Shown one piece after another: positions 30,557 through 40,467 of a stretch of DNA of 64,000 nt. Source of the stretch: Candidatus Culexarchaeum nevadense (GTDB taxonomy: Archaea > Thermoproteota > Methanomethylicia > Culexarchaeales > Culexarchaeaceae); the NCBI GenBank assembly GCA_025060975.1, contig JANZKA010000001.1:28607-92606 (forward strand), given 5' to 3'. Both the position numbers and the translations under genes were made by a program. Numbering within the stretch: position 1 is the first letter of the stretch; each line of letters begins with the position of its first letter. The notes under the pieces were generated by a model, which worked only from the letters and a program-made list of their open reading frames with translations, did no database searches and had not been told where the DNA came from.

Positions 30557-30652
30557 TGGTGCGGCGGCCGGGATTTGAACCCGGGTTTCCTGTCCAAAAT
30601 GGATAACAGGCTCGGCAAGCCTGTGTCCTAGTCCAGGCTAGACCACCGCCGC
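30557..30652 (-). tRNA. tRNA-Gly (anticodon GCC) with a ~18-nt insertion between the anticodon stem and T-arm (putative non-canonical intron), CCA encoded
   Basis: The reverse complement folds as: acceptor GCGGCGG/CCGCCGC, D-arm GUCU/GGAC, anticodon stem CAGGC/GCCUG with loop UUGCCGA, T-arm CCGGG-UUCAAAU-CCCGG, then ACCA. There are 22 nt where 4-5 variable-loop nt are expected. The inserted segment can pair with the 3' anticodon-stem strand (CCUGU/ACAGG). Confidence 0.7.
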
Positions 30653-30674
30653 AACAATAAAAATGTAGTTAGCC

Positions 30675-30690
30675 ATAAAGATAAAATTTA
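30675..30690 (-). promoter_or_regulatory. Putative TATA-like element upstream of tRNA-Gly
   Basis: The minus strand reads TAAATTTTATCTTTAT about 23-38 nt upstream of the tRNA 5' end. Confidence 0.2.
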
Positions 30691-30731
30691 CCCAAATCCC
30701 ATTTAAAAAACTATTTATAATTCCTTTATTA

Positions 30732-31127
30732 TTGAAAAATGGGTATACCATTATGAGTATTGAAGAGAGTATACAATGCCCATGTGGAACAATAATAAGC
30801 GACCCAAAACAGTACAAAATTGTATTTTTAAGAAGAGAAGCATTTGAAATAGATATATTGTGTCCCAATGACCTATGCTACCTTAAAGAATTAGGGTACG
30901 TAAAATTTAAAGTAAACGATGACAACAGCATAAAACTAATTAAAGCAGAATTCAACACACCATTCGTAACATGGAATTCAAGTAGAATTGGATATGAAAA
31001 AACATCAGAAGAACTCAAAAAACATCTTAAGAAAATAGTATTGGAATTAATAGATTGGGATAAAATTAAATGGTACCTTACGGAAAAAGTTTCGGAAACA
31101 AAATTTGAAGATATAAGTAAGAAATGA
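30732..31127 (+). CDS. Hypothetical small protein with a CPCG...CPNDLC putative metal-binding site
   Basis: 131-aa ORF with four Cys arranged C-x-C...C-x4-C. No other motif. Confidence 0.3.
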   Translation: MKNGYTIMSIEESIQCPCGTIISDPKQYKIVFLRREAFEIDILCPNDLCYLKELGYVKFKVNDDNSIKLIKAEFNTPFVTWNSSRIGYEKTSEELKKHLKKIVLELIDWDKIKWYLTEKVSETKFEDISKK

Positions 31128-31172
31128 GATAAAGGAATTATTAATTAAATGTGAAACTGAATTTTAATTGAG

Positions 31173-32126
31173 GTGAATTTAATGTCATGCTTAAAACAAG
31201 TGTTGGAAGCTATAGATATACTCGAAGATTCAAAAGTAAATGGACTTAAAATAAAAGAGGAAATGAATAAAAGAGGACTAAGTCATGTGGAAGTAAGGAG
31301 TGTGGAAGGAAAGAAGGGTAAAACAGATTTCATAAAAATTTTGATACCAGGTAAAAGGGGGAGAATGGAAGGCGGAGATAACCCAACTCTAGGCATAATC
31401 GGGAGGCTTGGAGGGATAGGCGCAAGACCACAAATGATTGGTTTAGTATCAGATGCAGATGGAGCAATAGTGGCAATAGCATCTGCAATGAAACTAGCCG
31501 ACCTAATTATGAAAGGAGACCAACTTATGGGAGATGTAATAATAACAACACATATATGTCCAAATGCACCAACAAAACCACATAAACCAGTACCATTCAT
31601 GGACTCACCAGTCGATATGAACACTATGATTCTAAATGAAGTCGATGATAGAATGGAAGCCATATTATCAGTTGATGCAACTAAGGGGAATAGGGTAATA
31701 AAAGTTGAAGGATTCGCCATAACACCAACAGTTGTTAACGGCTGGATACTAAAAGTGAGCGACGACCTAATAAACATATATGAAAGAGTAACTGGACATA
31801 GGGCATATGTAGTTCCAATCACCATGCAAGACATAACACCTTATGTTGAAGGCATATATCATATAAATAGTATAATGCAACCATGGATTGCCACGAAATC
31901 CCCGGTAGTTGGAGTAGCAATAACATCAGAAGTTCCAGTAGCTGGATGTGCAACTGGAGCAACATATATAAATAGCTTAGAGCAAGCCACGAGATTCTGT
32001 ATAGAAGTAGCAAAAGATTATACAGCAGGGTTATGCAAATTCTATGAAGAAGAAGAGTATAAGAAACTTATAAGCTTATATGGCGACATGGAGAGACTAC
32101 GTGGAAATTTCACTTCCAAGAAATAA
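31173..32126 (+). CDS. Conserved hypothetical protein (~300 aa, Gly-rich central region)
   Basis: 317-aa ORF with clean coding statistics. No motif I can name with confidence. Confidence 0.4.
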   Translation: MNLMSCLKQVLEAIDILEDSKVNGLKIKEEMNKRGLSHVEVRSVEGKKGKTDFIKILIPGKRGRMEGGDNPTLGIIGRLGGIGARPQMIGLVSDADGAIVAIASAMKLADLIMKGDQLMGDVIITTHICPNAPTKPHKPVPFMDSPVDMNTMILNEVDDRMEAILSVDATKGNRVIKVEGFAITPTVVNGWILKVSDDLINIYERVTGHRAYVVPITMQDITPYVEGIYHINSIMQPWIATKSPVVGVAITSEVPVAGCATGATYINSLEQATRFCIEVAKDYTAGLCKFYEEEEYKKLISLYGDMERLRGNFTSKK

Positions 32127-32566
32127 TTTCAAAAATATTCAAATTCTTTAAAGAATCAAAATAAGAAAGGTTTTCTATGATCAAAAGTTCCCTCAAATTA
32201 TAATCAAAAATCTTTTTAAGATACTTCTTCAAAAATGGAGATCCTATTCAAGAGGGAGATCTCTATCAGCTAAACCATCATCACCACTAATAGGAAAATA
32301 AACTATCCTATCTCGTAGAGAATCCGGTATACGAAAAGAAGGAAATCATAACATGCACATAGGATATTCTAATGCCATCCTTAAAACTATTTGACTTATA
32401 AAAGAAATCTTTGAAATCTCCAACCGTAAGTATTGTAGATCTATCAGTAGCTAAATTCTCTATTATCCTATAATCACTACATAAATCCCCAATAGACAAA
32501 AGAAAGTTTATTCTATCCACTATAGGGCTCATTCAAATTTCTAAAAAGATATACAATTACCATCCC

Positions 32567-33562
32567 CTAATAGTAAATATTCCCCTTAAAGGTAGGTTCA
32601 CGTATTTTGTTGGCTAAATCACTCCCACAATACTTACATATTCTACTCAAAAAACACTCCCCTCCACAACTTAGAAATGGCGGCAAGGGACACGCATCAC
32701 AATAATGAGTTAAGCAATTAATATTTTGAGATGTACAACAATAAGATGTAAATAAATCAAGAAAATCGTGGACGATCATAGATCCTCTACCAGAAACTTT
32801 GGAAACAAAATCCAAACATTCCCTCGTACGAATTCTTAAGGCATAATCTTCAGAGAAGGTTAAATGACACTGTATAACTCTATCCATGAACTCATCATCC
32901 AAACGGATTAAGCCACACCTTAAAATGAATGGTAAAATAGAACCATTAACAGGAAAATGAATATTGTAAACATCATTAAATGATGCTAGCCCTTTCCTAG
33001 ATAACATTTTAGCTAAGAGTAAAGCCTTATATTCAACAGGGTCATCAAATCCCATAAGCATTTTCAATCTTTCAATAAATCCAGAACCATTACGATATAG
33101 GTAGTTTAATGAAGCATGAACTATATCTAAAATTGAATTACCATATTCAGTCATGACCTTCTTAGCGACACTTCTAACCATCTTAATTCTGTAATCAATA
33201 TCAATGGTTTCAAGACCATATATCTCTCCGGAACTAAACATCCTCTCAAAAAAGTCTCTATCCAAATTTACGATACATTTAAGTGAGAAAAGTTGAGGAT
33301 CTTCATCAAAAATCAATTTGCCTAAACGCCAAAACAATCTAGAACCACAATAATATTTACCATCAATATAACCATAAAACATCGACTTTGACAAAGAATA
33401 ATCCATGAGAATCATGAAGAAAAAGTAATTTGAAACAAGATCGCGACCATAAGATAAATCTGGATAAAACTCAGTATTAGAATAAAAGTTTTGTGGAATC
33501 TCAATACTACTTAAAATCCATCCAAATGCAAGCCCTCTATCCAAATCCAACATGACTCTCAA
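32567..33562 (-). CDS. Hypothetical protein with a C-terminal 9-Cys cluster (possible Fe-S or Zn-binding module)
   Basis: 331 aa. The last ~45 residues are CC-x6-C-x4-C-x2-C-x7-C-x3-C-x6-C-x2-C. Confidence 0.35.
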   Translation of the reverse strand: MRVMLDLDRGLAFGWILSSIEIPQNFYSNTEFYPDLSYGRDLVSNYFFFMILMDYSLSKSMFYGYIDGKYYCGSRLFWRLGKLIFDEDPQLFSLKCIVNLDRDFFERMFSSGEIYGLETIDIDYRIKMVRSVAKKVMTEYGNSILDIVHASLNYLYRNGSGFIERLKMLMGFDDPVEYKALLLAKMLSRKGLASFNDVYNIHFPVNGSILPFILRCGLIRLDDEFMDRVIQCHLTFSEDYALRIRTRECLDFVSKVSGRGSMIVHDFLDLFTSYCCTSQNINCLTHYCDACPLPPFLSCGGECFLSRICKYCGSDLANKIREPTFKGNIYY

Positions 33563-33641
33563 ATCAATCTAAATCAATTACAACACGGAAAATTTAAAAT
33601 TTAACCATAAAGGATTATGAAAACAAGAAAGCTGAAAGAAT

Positions 33642-34742
33642 ATGAGAATAATAAGTTTTGACGAAAAAAGTGGAGAGTTAGTATTGAAAGTAGAAGATGA
33701 AGATGACCTCTGGTTACTCCACAACATAATTGAAAAAGACGATGAAGTATACGCAAAAACAACTAGAGAAATAAACCTTGGAAATGAAAGTGTTAGAAAA
33801 AGCATGTATATCGGAATAAAAGTAGATAAAGTAGAATTTCAACCATTCACAAATAGAATTAGAATTCACGGCACAATAATATATCATCCGGAAAAGTATG
33901 AAGAATACGGATTCCTCGGAAGCCACCACACGATAAACGTAAAAACTTCAGATGAAATAAAAATAAAGAAGGACAGATGGCAAAAGTATATAATAAAACA
34001 AATAGAAAAAAGCTGTGGAAAAAGTGAAAGAATTTTGATAATTTCAATTGACGACGAGGAAGTAGCTGCAGGAGTATTGAGAAGTTATGGACTTGAAATA
34101 ATTTTCGAAATGCAACTCAAAATTCCAGGTAAAAGGGAAGCAGAAGTCAGAGAAGAGAAGATAGATAAGGAATTGAGGGAGATTTCAAATAAGATTATGG
34201 AAATCATTAATAGAAGAGGGATAAAGATCCTAGTAATTTCCGGAATAAGCTATATGAGAGAGAAGTTGACTGAAAGAATACTTGAAGATTTAAAAGTATT
34301 GAAAGAAAAGCCAAAAATAATAAGTGAAGATACATCCAATGGCGGTATAAGAGGACTTCATGAAACCATAAAGAGAGAGAGCATAATTAAAGCGCTAAAG
34401 AAGATAAAAATGATTGAAGATACTAAAATTATAGGAGAATATTTGCAAATGCTCATAAGAAAACCATCAATAGCAATCTATGGAATAAACGATGTCTACA
34501 ACGCGTCGAAAATTGGAATTATAAAAACTCTACTCATATCAAATAGAAAACTCAAAACTTATGATGAAGAAAGAAAGAAGATTGAAGAAATAATAGAGAA
34601 TGTTGAGAAATATGGTGGAGAGATTAGAATAATATCAGATGAAAGTGAAGCTGGAAAGGAATTAAATTCGATTGGAGGAATAGCAGCAATACTGAGATAT
34701 AATGTGAGTAACTCTTTTAAACAAGAATACAAATCTGTTTAA
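33642..34742 (+). CDS. pelA: Pelota/Dom34 mRNA surveillance factor
   Basis: N-terminus MRIISFDEKSGELVLKVEDEDDLWLLHNII. eRF1-like central and C-terminal domains. 366 aa. Confidence 0.85.
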   Translation: MRIISFDEKSGELVLKVEDEDDLWLLHNIIEKDDEVYAKTTREINLGNESVRKSMYIGIKVDKVEFQPFTNRIRIHGTIIYHPEKYEEYGFLGSHHTINVKTSDEIKIKKDRWQKYIIKQIEKSCGKSERILIISIDDEEVAAGVLRSYGLEIIFEMQLKIPGKREAEVREEKIDKELREISNKIMEIINRRGIKILVISGISYMREKLTERILEDLKVLKEKPKIISEDTSNGGIRGLHETIKRESIIKALKKIKMIEDTKIIGEYLQMLIRKPSIAIYGINDVYNASKIGIIKTLLISNRKLKTYDEERKKIEEIIENVEKYGGEIRIISDESEAGKELNSIGGIAAILRYNVSNSFKQEYKSV

Positions 34743-34799
34743 AGGCTATGATGATGCGTGTAAGGTCTGAATATTGATGAACCAGCTGACTCTGAGCCT

Positions 34800-35966
34800 A
34801 TGAAAAATAAAAATAAAAAAGAAAAATTTAAAAATATGCAAAATAAAAAAATAAGAAAGTTGATCACAATGTTTGATTGGAGAGAGAGTCCAACCTTCAG
34901 GAGATATTCTAAAGCAATAGATAGAACATGTCAAAAAATAATAAAGACGTTACATGAAACAGGAACAAATAATTTGTCTCTACTAGCAAAGAAAACTGGA
35001 ATGTCGCCTGCACTAGTACATTACTACTATGACAAACTGACGAGTAAAAATATACTGAAACTAAAAGTGAAAATCAACGTAGTGAACATGGGATTACAGC
35101 CTATAGAGGTTATATTTAAAGATGAAGGGGGAGAAAGGGAATCAAACCTAGAATCACATTTAAAAAGCATCGAATATTGGAGAAATCTAGAGAAATACTA
35201 TGTACAAATGGATACTTACTGGCATGCATACTTTAATGTACCAAGAGAAGCCATAAATGAATTTAACAAGTACATAAGAAGTGTTGGGGAGAAAGCTCAT
35301 GTGAAAATAGTATACATGAACACAAACCCAATAGACATTAACCCTAAACCAAATGTAGATTGGTTTAATGATGAAGAAAGAAGATGGGAGTTTAAATGGA
35401 AAGAATGGGTAGATGAAGTAATCTTAAGCAATAAAGAGGTAGATCTAACTGTACCAAAAATGGGAGAATTCATAGTACTAGATAAACTAGATGTATTCAT
35501 AATTCAGAAGCTTGAGGAAGATGCAGAGACATCATTTAAAGAAATGGCAAATGAAATGGGCGTCACCCCACCAACTGTCAGATACCACTATTACAAGCAC
35601 TTAATAAAATATGATATTATTGAGGGTTATGAGGCTGCATTAAAACTATTCCCAGAAAATATATCGATAAATGTCTTAGGACATATTCAATTCACAAATA
35701 GAAAGAATATGAACAATTTTATAGCCTCATTAGAAGGAAAACCCTTCTCCAGTAGGGTATTGGCAAATTTAGAGGATAATAAGGCGACAGTATACTTCTA
35801 CATACCATTTGATCAAATAGTGGAATTAAATAAAGCGCTGATAAGTATAAAAAGAATGGGTATAATAAAGGATTGCATCATAGGATTAATAGATTACAAA
35901 TCAAAAATGGAGAAAAAGTTACCAATGAACTTATATGAGAAGGGGGGTTGGAAGTTAATTTTCTAA
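34800..35966 (+). CDS. Putative transcriptional regulator with two winged-helix domains and a Lys-rich N-terminus
   Basis: HTH-like segments LSLLAKKTGMSPALVHYYYDKLTSKNIL and SFKEMANEMGVTPPTVRYHYYKHLIKYDII. 388 aa. Confidence 0.4.
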   Translation: MKNKNKKEKFKNMQNKKIRKLITMFDWRESPTFRRYSKAIDRTCQKIIKTLHETGTNNLSLLAKKTGMSPALVHYYYDKLTSKNILKLKVKINVVNMGLQPIEVIFKDEGGERESNLESHLKSIEYWRNLEKYYVQMDTYWHAYFNVPREAINEFNKYIRSVGEKAHVKIVYMNTNPIDINPKPNVDWFNDEERRWEFKWKEWVDEVILSNKEVDLTVPKMGEFIVLDKLDVFIIQKLEEDAETSFKEMANEMGVTPPTVRYHYYKHLIKYDIIEGYEAALKLFPENISINVLGHIQFTNRKNMNNFIASLEGKPFSSRVLANLEDNKATVYFYIPFDQIVELNKALISIKRMGIIKDCIIGLIDYKSKMEKKLPMNLYEKGGWKLIF

Positions 35967-35976
35967 ATATTTTTAG

Positions 35977-38190
35977 CTATGGTAAAAGGAAATCTTCAAC
36001 TTTTGGCGGATTCGGAGGCAATCCCTTCCTTTTCCTAATTTGTCTAATTAACTCTTCAGCAAGCTGCTGAGGAACTACACCCCAATGGGAAAACTCAGTA
36101 CTCCAGAAACATCTGCCTTGCGTTGCACCCCTAATCTGATCAGATAAATCGAAAGTTTCTGAAACCGGTATATGACATCTAACAAACATTAATAGCTTCT
36201 GATTTTCCATAGCAATTATTTTACCCCTCTTAGAAGTTATCACACGTAACAAACCACTAACAAACTCTTGGGGCACCTTAGCTTCTAACTTTAAAATAGG
36301 CTCTAAGAGTATTGGGGAAGCTGATAAGAAAGCTGCAAAAATCGCATTCTTCGTTGCTGGCATTATTTGAGCTGGACCTCTGTGAGCAGGATCTTCATGG
36401 ATCATGGCGTCCACTAACTTAACTTTAACACCTCTAATAGGTTCTTGAGCCAATGGACCTGCCTCCATAGACCATCTAAAAGCTGAAATCAAAGTGTCTT
36501 TGATGTCCCTTAAATACTGAATACCCTTCGTGACATCCACAAATATGTTCAAATGCTGGTCTATGGCCATTATCCCCCTAGCTTCATCGGCATCCCATCC
36601 AGCTTCAGAACGTAAAATTTTGGCTCTTACACGCCAATCTTGATCTTCATACACAGCACCCGTGCTAAGTAGCTTCATTGTCACTTCATCTAATGGCTCA
36701 ATACTAATGTATATACGATTATGCCTATTGGGGGATTTACCTTCAATGGGTCCAGCAGACCCTTTAATACTCTCCCTATACACTACTATTGGTGGTGATA
36801 CATCTACGTCCATACCTCCAGTTCTTTGACGTAAATCCCATAAGGCAATCTCGAGGTGTAAAGTTCCCATACCACTAATAAGGTATTCTCCAGTTTCCTC
36901 ATTTATTTTGACGTGTAAAGTGGGATCTTCAATAGCCATTTTCCTTAAAGTATCAACTAGACGTGGTAAGTCAGCACTCTTCTTTGGTTCAATAGCCACC
37001 GTAACCACAGGTTCACTTATATAAACTAGCTTTTCGAATGGAATCATAGAATCCTTATAATCAACGCTAACTATGGTTTCTCCAGCCCTTGCATGATCCA
37101 ACCCAAGCAATGCCACGATGTTTCCAGCTAAAACTCTATCTACAACTTCCCTATAAGGACCCATATACAAACCCACTTGCTGAATTCTACCGGTAGTTTT
37201 AGCCATCATGAGATATACCTCATCACCACTAGTAGCTACACCACTAAAAATTCTCCCAGTAGCCACTAAACCCGCATGTGGATCAACGACTATTTTGCTC
37301 ACACAAATAACTAATGGTCCCTTAGGATCACATTTAAGCATAGATTGACCTATTTCGCTATCAATATCACCACGCCATATTTTTGGCACCCTATATTTCT
37401 GAGCAACTCTTGGACTTGGAATATGCTGAACAACCATATCTAAAATTGCTCTATATAATGGGAATTCATCAGCTAGCCGAGAGACTTCATCAGCCCCCTT
37501 CTCATAAGCTTTAACTATCTCACTAAATTTGATACCAGCCTTCTGAGCAATAGGTATTGTTAAACCCCACTTATGAAGCGCAGAACCAAATGCCACTTGA
37601 CCCTTCAATGGATTAACCTTCCAAATATCTTTAAATTCAGGTTCAGCATACAATTCAATTAAATTATTGAAATCCCTAATTATCTCCATAAGTTTTTGCT
37701 GAACCTCTTCAGGAGTTAATTTAAGTTCTCTAATTAACCTATCAATCTTATTAATGTACAGTAATGGTCTCACACGTTCTTCTAACCCCTGCCTAACCAC
37801 AGTTTCTGTCTGTGTCATAACACCTTCAACAGCATCAACAACAACTATGGCTCCATCCATAACTCTAAGAGATCTGGTTACATGACCAGTGAAATCAACG
37901 TGACCGGGGGTGTCAACAAGATTAATCAGATAAGCATTACCATTATATTCATGGTAAAGAGATACATTAGCAGCTTTTACAGTCATCTGTCTCATCTGCT
38001 CTATAGGCACATAATCTAAAGCCAACGCTTTACCAGCAACTTTAGGTGAAATAAGCCCAGCTGCCATTAGAAGAGAATCCGACAATGTAGTCTTACCATG
38101 ATCCACATGTGCCAAGGTACCAATATTCCTAACATTATCTAGCTCATCCATTATCTTCAAGATCTGCTCAGTGGTCTTATACTTAACCAA
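35977..38190 (-). CDS. fusA: Elongation factor 2 (aEF-2)
   Basis: G1 motif AHVDHGKTTLSD, G3 DTPGHVDF, diphthamide loop HEDPAHRGPAQI. 737 aa. Confidence 0.95.
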   Translation of the reverse strand: MVKYKTTEQILKIMDELDNVRNIGTLAHVDHGKTTLSDSLLMAAGLISPKVAGKALALDYVPIEQMRQMTVKAANVSLYHEYNGNAYLINLVDTPGHVDFTGHVTRSLRVMDGAIVVVDAVEGVMTQTETVVRQGLEERVRPLLYINKIDRLIRELKLTPEEVQQKLMEIIRDFNNLIELYAEPEFKDIWKVNPLKGQVAFGSALHKWGLTIPIAQKAGIKFSEIVKAYEKGADEVSRLADEFPLYRAILDMVVQHIPSPRVAQKYRVPKIWRGDIDSEIGQSMLKCDPKGPLVICVSKIVVDPHAGLVATGRIFSGVATSGDEVYLMMAKTTGRIQQVGLYMGPYREVVDRVLAGNIVALLGLDHARAGETIVSVDYKDSMIPFEKLVYISEPVVTVAIEPKKSADLPRLVDTLRKMAIEDPTLHVKINEETGEYLISGMGTLHLEIALWDLRQRTGGMDVDVSPPIVVYRESIKGSAGPIEGKSPNRHNRIYISIEPLDEVTMKLLSTGAVYEDQDWRVRAKILRSEAGWDADEARGIMAIDQHLNIFVDVTKGIQYLRDIKDTLISAFRWSMEAGPLAQEPIRGVKVKLVDAMIHEDPAHRGPAQIMPATKNAIFAAFLSASPILLEPILKLEAKVPQEFVSGLLRVITSKRGKIIAMENQKLLMFVRCHIPVSETFDLSDQIRGATQGRCFWSTEFSHWGVVPQQLAEELIRQIRKRKGLPPNPPKVEDFLLP

Positions 38191-38332
38191 TTACAGCACC
38201 CTCTCCTAACGAATCAAAATCAAAAAGTAAAATGTCAAAGTCTTTTTTAAACTTTACTGAGAACATAGTGCCTCATATCAAAAACTCTAAAAATTAAATT
38301 TATAACATAATTATTGTAAACTTGGGGGGAAC

Positions 38333-39130
38333 ATGAATACATTAAAGGAGTTAATGAATGAAGCAGAAAAAACACAAGTAGTAATACCAATAGGAGGAAA
38401 GGCTAAGAGAATGGGTTTACAAAACATCAATAAAGCATTAATAAAAGTCGCTGGTAAAACACTACTTGAAAGGGAAATAGAATTATATAGAAATTGTGGA
38501 TTCAAAAAATTCAAGTTATTAATAGGACATTTAGGTGAAGAAGTTATCGAGTATGCAGGTAATGGAGAGAAGTGGGGAGTTGAAATACAATATTCAATGG
38601 ACCCAAAAGTTGAAAAGGTAGGTAAAGGGAAAGCCTTGAAAAATGCATTAATAAATGGGGTCATAGAAAAAGATAAGAGATCGTTAATAACATTCCCAGA
38701 CGACTTAAAACTAAATAGATTCCTACCATTAATGTTACTTGCACAACATATATACGGAGTGGAAAAATATGGTATTTTTGCTACATCAGTACTAATAACT
38801 TCAACCACATACCAATATGGTGTGGCTGAAATAGATGAAGTGGGAAGAATAAAAAGGTTTGTGGAAAAACCACAATTAAACATCTTAACACATATAGGAA
38901 TGTGCATAATTGAACCACAAGTATACCAATTAATAAATAAACTCATAGACATAGAGAGTCAAGAAGCAATTGAATATGAAGCAACAGTACTTCCAGAATT
39001 AGCTAGAATGGGTAAATTATATAGTTTAACATTATATGCAAATGATAAGGATGACTGGATACCAATAAATACATTAAAAGAGCTGGAGCAAGCAGAAAAA
39101 TACCTTTCACAAAAAGCTAAACCTTCTTAA
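38333..39130 (+). CDS. Sugar-phosphate nucleotidyltransferase (NTP_transferase family)
   Basis: N-terminal VIPIGGKAKRMG nucleotide-binding signature. 265 aa. Confidence 0.65.
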   Translation: MNTLKELMNEAEKTQVVIPIGGKAKRMGLQNINKALIKVAGKTLLEREIELYRNCGFKKFKLLIGHLGEEVIEYAGNGEKWGVEIQYSMDPKVEKVGKGKALKNALINGVIEKDKRSLITFPDDLKLNRFLPLMLLAQHIYGVEKYGIFATSVLITSTTYQYGVAEIDEVGRIKRFVEKPQLNILTHIGMCIIEPQVYQLINKLIDIESQEAIEYEATVLPELARMGKLYSLTLYANDKDDWIPINTLKELEQAEKYLSQKAKPS

Positions 39131-39517
39131 AAATAGCTTTAGCTAGGATTGCTTTAAGGTATTGGAGAGAAGTACGTATGGAACTATATTGTAGTGAAAA
39201 ACAAAATCCATTGCAACGCACAGTCTTCAGATAATGCTTCACAAAGGAATATACACAACAATGTTAGCACACCATTTTAGATATCAAAGAACAATATAAT
39301 AATATACTTAATTTAAAACTGAAAACTTAAACTGGGACTCAAAACTTATTAATAAATTCTAGAAAGGAAATTTCAGCAAAGCCAAATCTAGAAAGTTATG
39401 ATTATAACTAGACTTCTGAAGTTGAAGTAAATACAATTTAACATGCCTTTCTCAATTCAACCTCCTAAAAAGGTAAAATGTAGGTGAAAAATTGTTGGTT
39501 GTTATAAAAATGAGTAC

Positions 39518-39880
39518 TTATTTCGTGGTTATCGTATACTTGCATCCCAAAGGCTTCAAAGCTTCATCAATCTTAGATATAAGTAACTTTAATTGCTCAA
39601 ATGTTGGTGGAACAGTCCATTCAAAATAGAAGTCATAATCACCAAGAGTCCATCCACTTTTACTTATCATGTTCTCATAATGTACACGCGCTTCCTCGCC
39701 AGATACCCCCCACCTTTCAATAATTATTGATGTCGCATCATCCTGTGATAATGCTGTTCCACCAAGAGTGTCGTAGAACATTATTTTGGGCAAATCTTTA
39801 GATACTTCGACAGCAACCCTCTCTAAAGCTTTTAAAGCTTCCAGTATTGGCGGTCCGTATATTTTAATGTAAGTTTTCAT
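39518..39880 (-). CDS. Hypothetical small protein
   Basis: 120-aa ORF, no recognisable motif. Confidence 0.3.
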   Translation of the reverse strand: MKTYIKIYGPPILEALKALERVAVEVSKDLPKIMFYDTLGGTALSQDDATSIIIERWGVSGEEARVHYENMISKSGWTLGDYDFYFEWTVPPTFEQLKLLISKIDEALKPLGCKYTITTK

Positions 39881-39957
39881 TTTAAATTACACCTCAAATA
39901 GAATTTACTGATGAAAATATTATAAACTTTTCCTTTCCTTTAAATAGAAAATAGGCG

Positions 39958-40428
39958 TTAGTTGGTTTTTAATTGGAATTGCCTTATGATAATTCCAGCA
40001 GACTTCAATAAATCCATGGAAACCGGATCTTCATATGGAGAGTCGTAAACAACCTCTTTTATTTCAGCATTTATTATCATTTTTGCACAAATGGAACAAG
40101 GGAAATCAGTAACATATAATATTGCACCACGGGTGCTAACTCCGAAAACAGCAGCTTGTATTATTGCATTTTGTTCCGCATGAACCCCCCTACAAAGTTC
40201 ATGTCTTTGACCGGAGGGAACATTTAGTTTATCCCTTAAACACCCAGTTTCTGAGCAATGAGGTAACCCTTTTGGAGCACCATTATACCCAGTGGATAAA
40301 ATATGTTTATCTTTAACAAGTACCGCACCAACCTTTCTTCTTAAACATGTTGATCTTTCCTTCACTATATGAGCAATCTTTATAAAGTATTCATCCCATG
40401 ATGGCCTAACACAAATATCTTTTTGCAA
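39958..40428 (-). CDS. dCMP/cytidine deaminase-family zinc enzyme
   Basis: HAEQNAI (H-A-E) and PCSICAKMI (P-C-x2-C) zinc-ligand motifs. 156 aa. Confidence 0.8.
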   Translation of the reverse strand: MQKDICVRPSWDEYFIKIAHIVKERSTCLRRKVGAVLVKDKHILSTGYNGAPKGLPHCSETGCLRDKLNVPSGQRHELCRGVHAEQNAIIQAAVFGVSTRGAILYVTDFPCSICAKMIINAEIKEVVYDSPYEDPVSMDLLKSAGIIIRQFQLKTN

Positions 40429-40467
40429 ACCATCACCTTTAAAAATGGTAGTTGCGAGAAAACAAAT

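Noticed and set aside
34800-34870. Low-complexity A-rich stretch (aaaaataaaaataaaaaagaaaaatttaaaaat)
   Set aside because: It encodes the Lys-rich N-terminus (KNKNKKEKFKN) of the tandem-wHTH protein. It is compositional bias, not a repeat element or CRISPR-like array.
39380-39440. C/D-box-like motif pair (UAUGAUUA ... CUGA) in the 387-bp gap
   Set aside because: Only a degenerate C box and one CUGA are present, with no C'/D pair and no terminal stem. This is not enough to call an sRNA.
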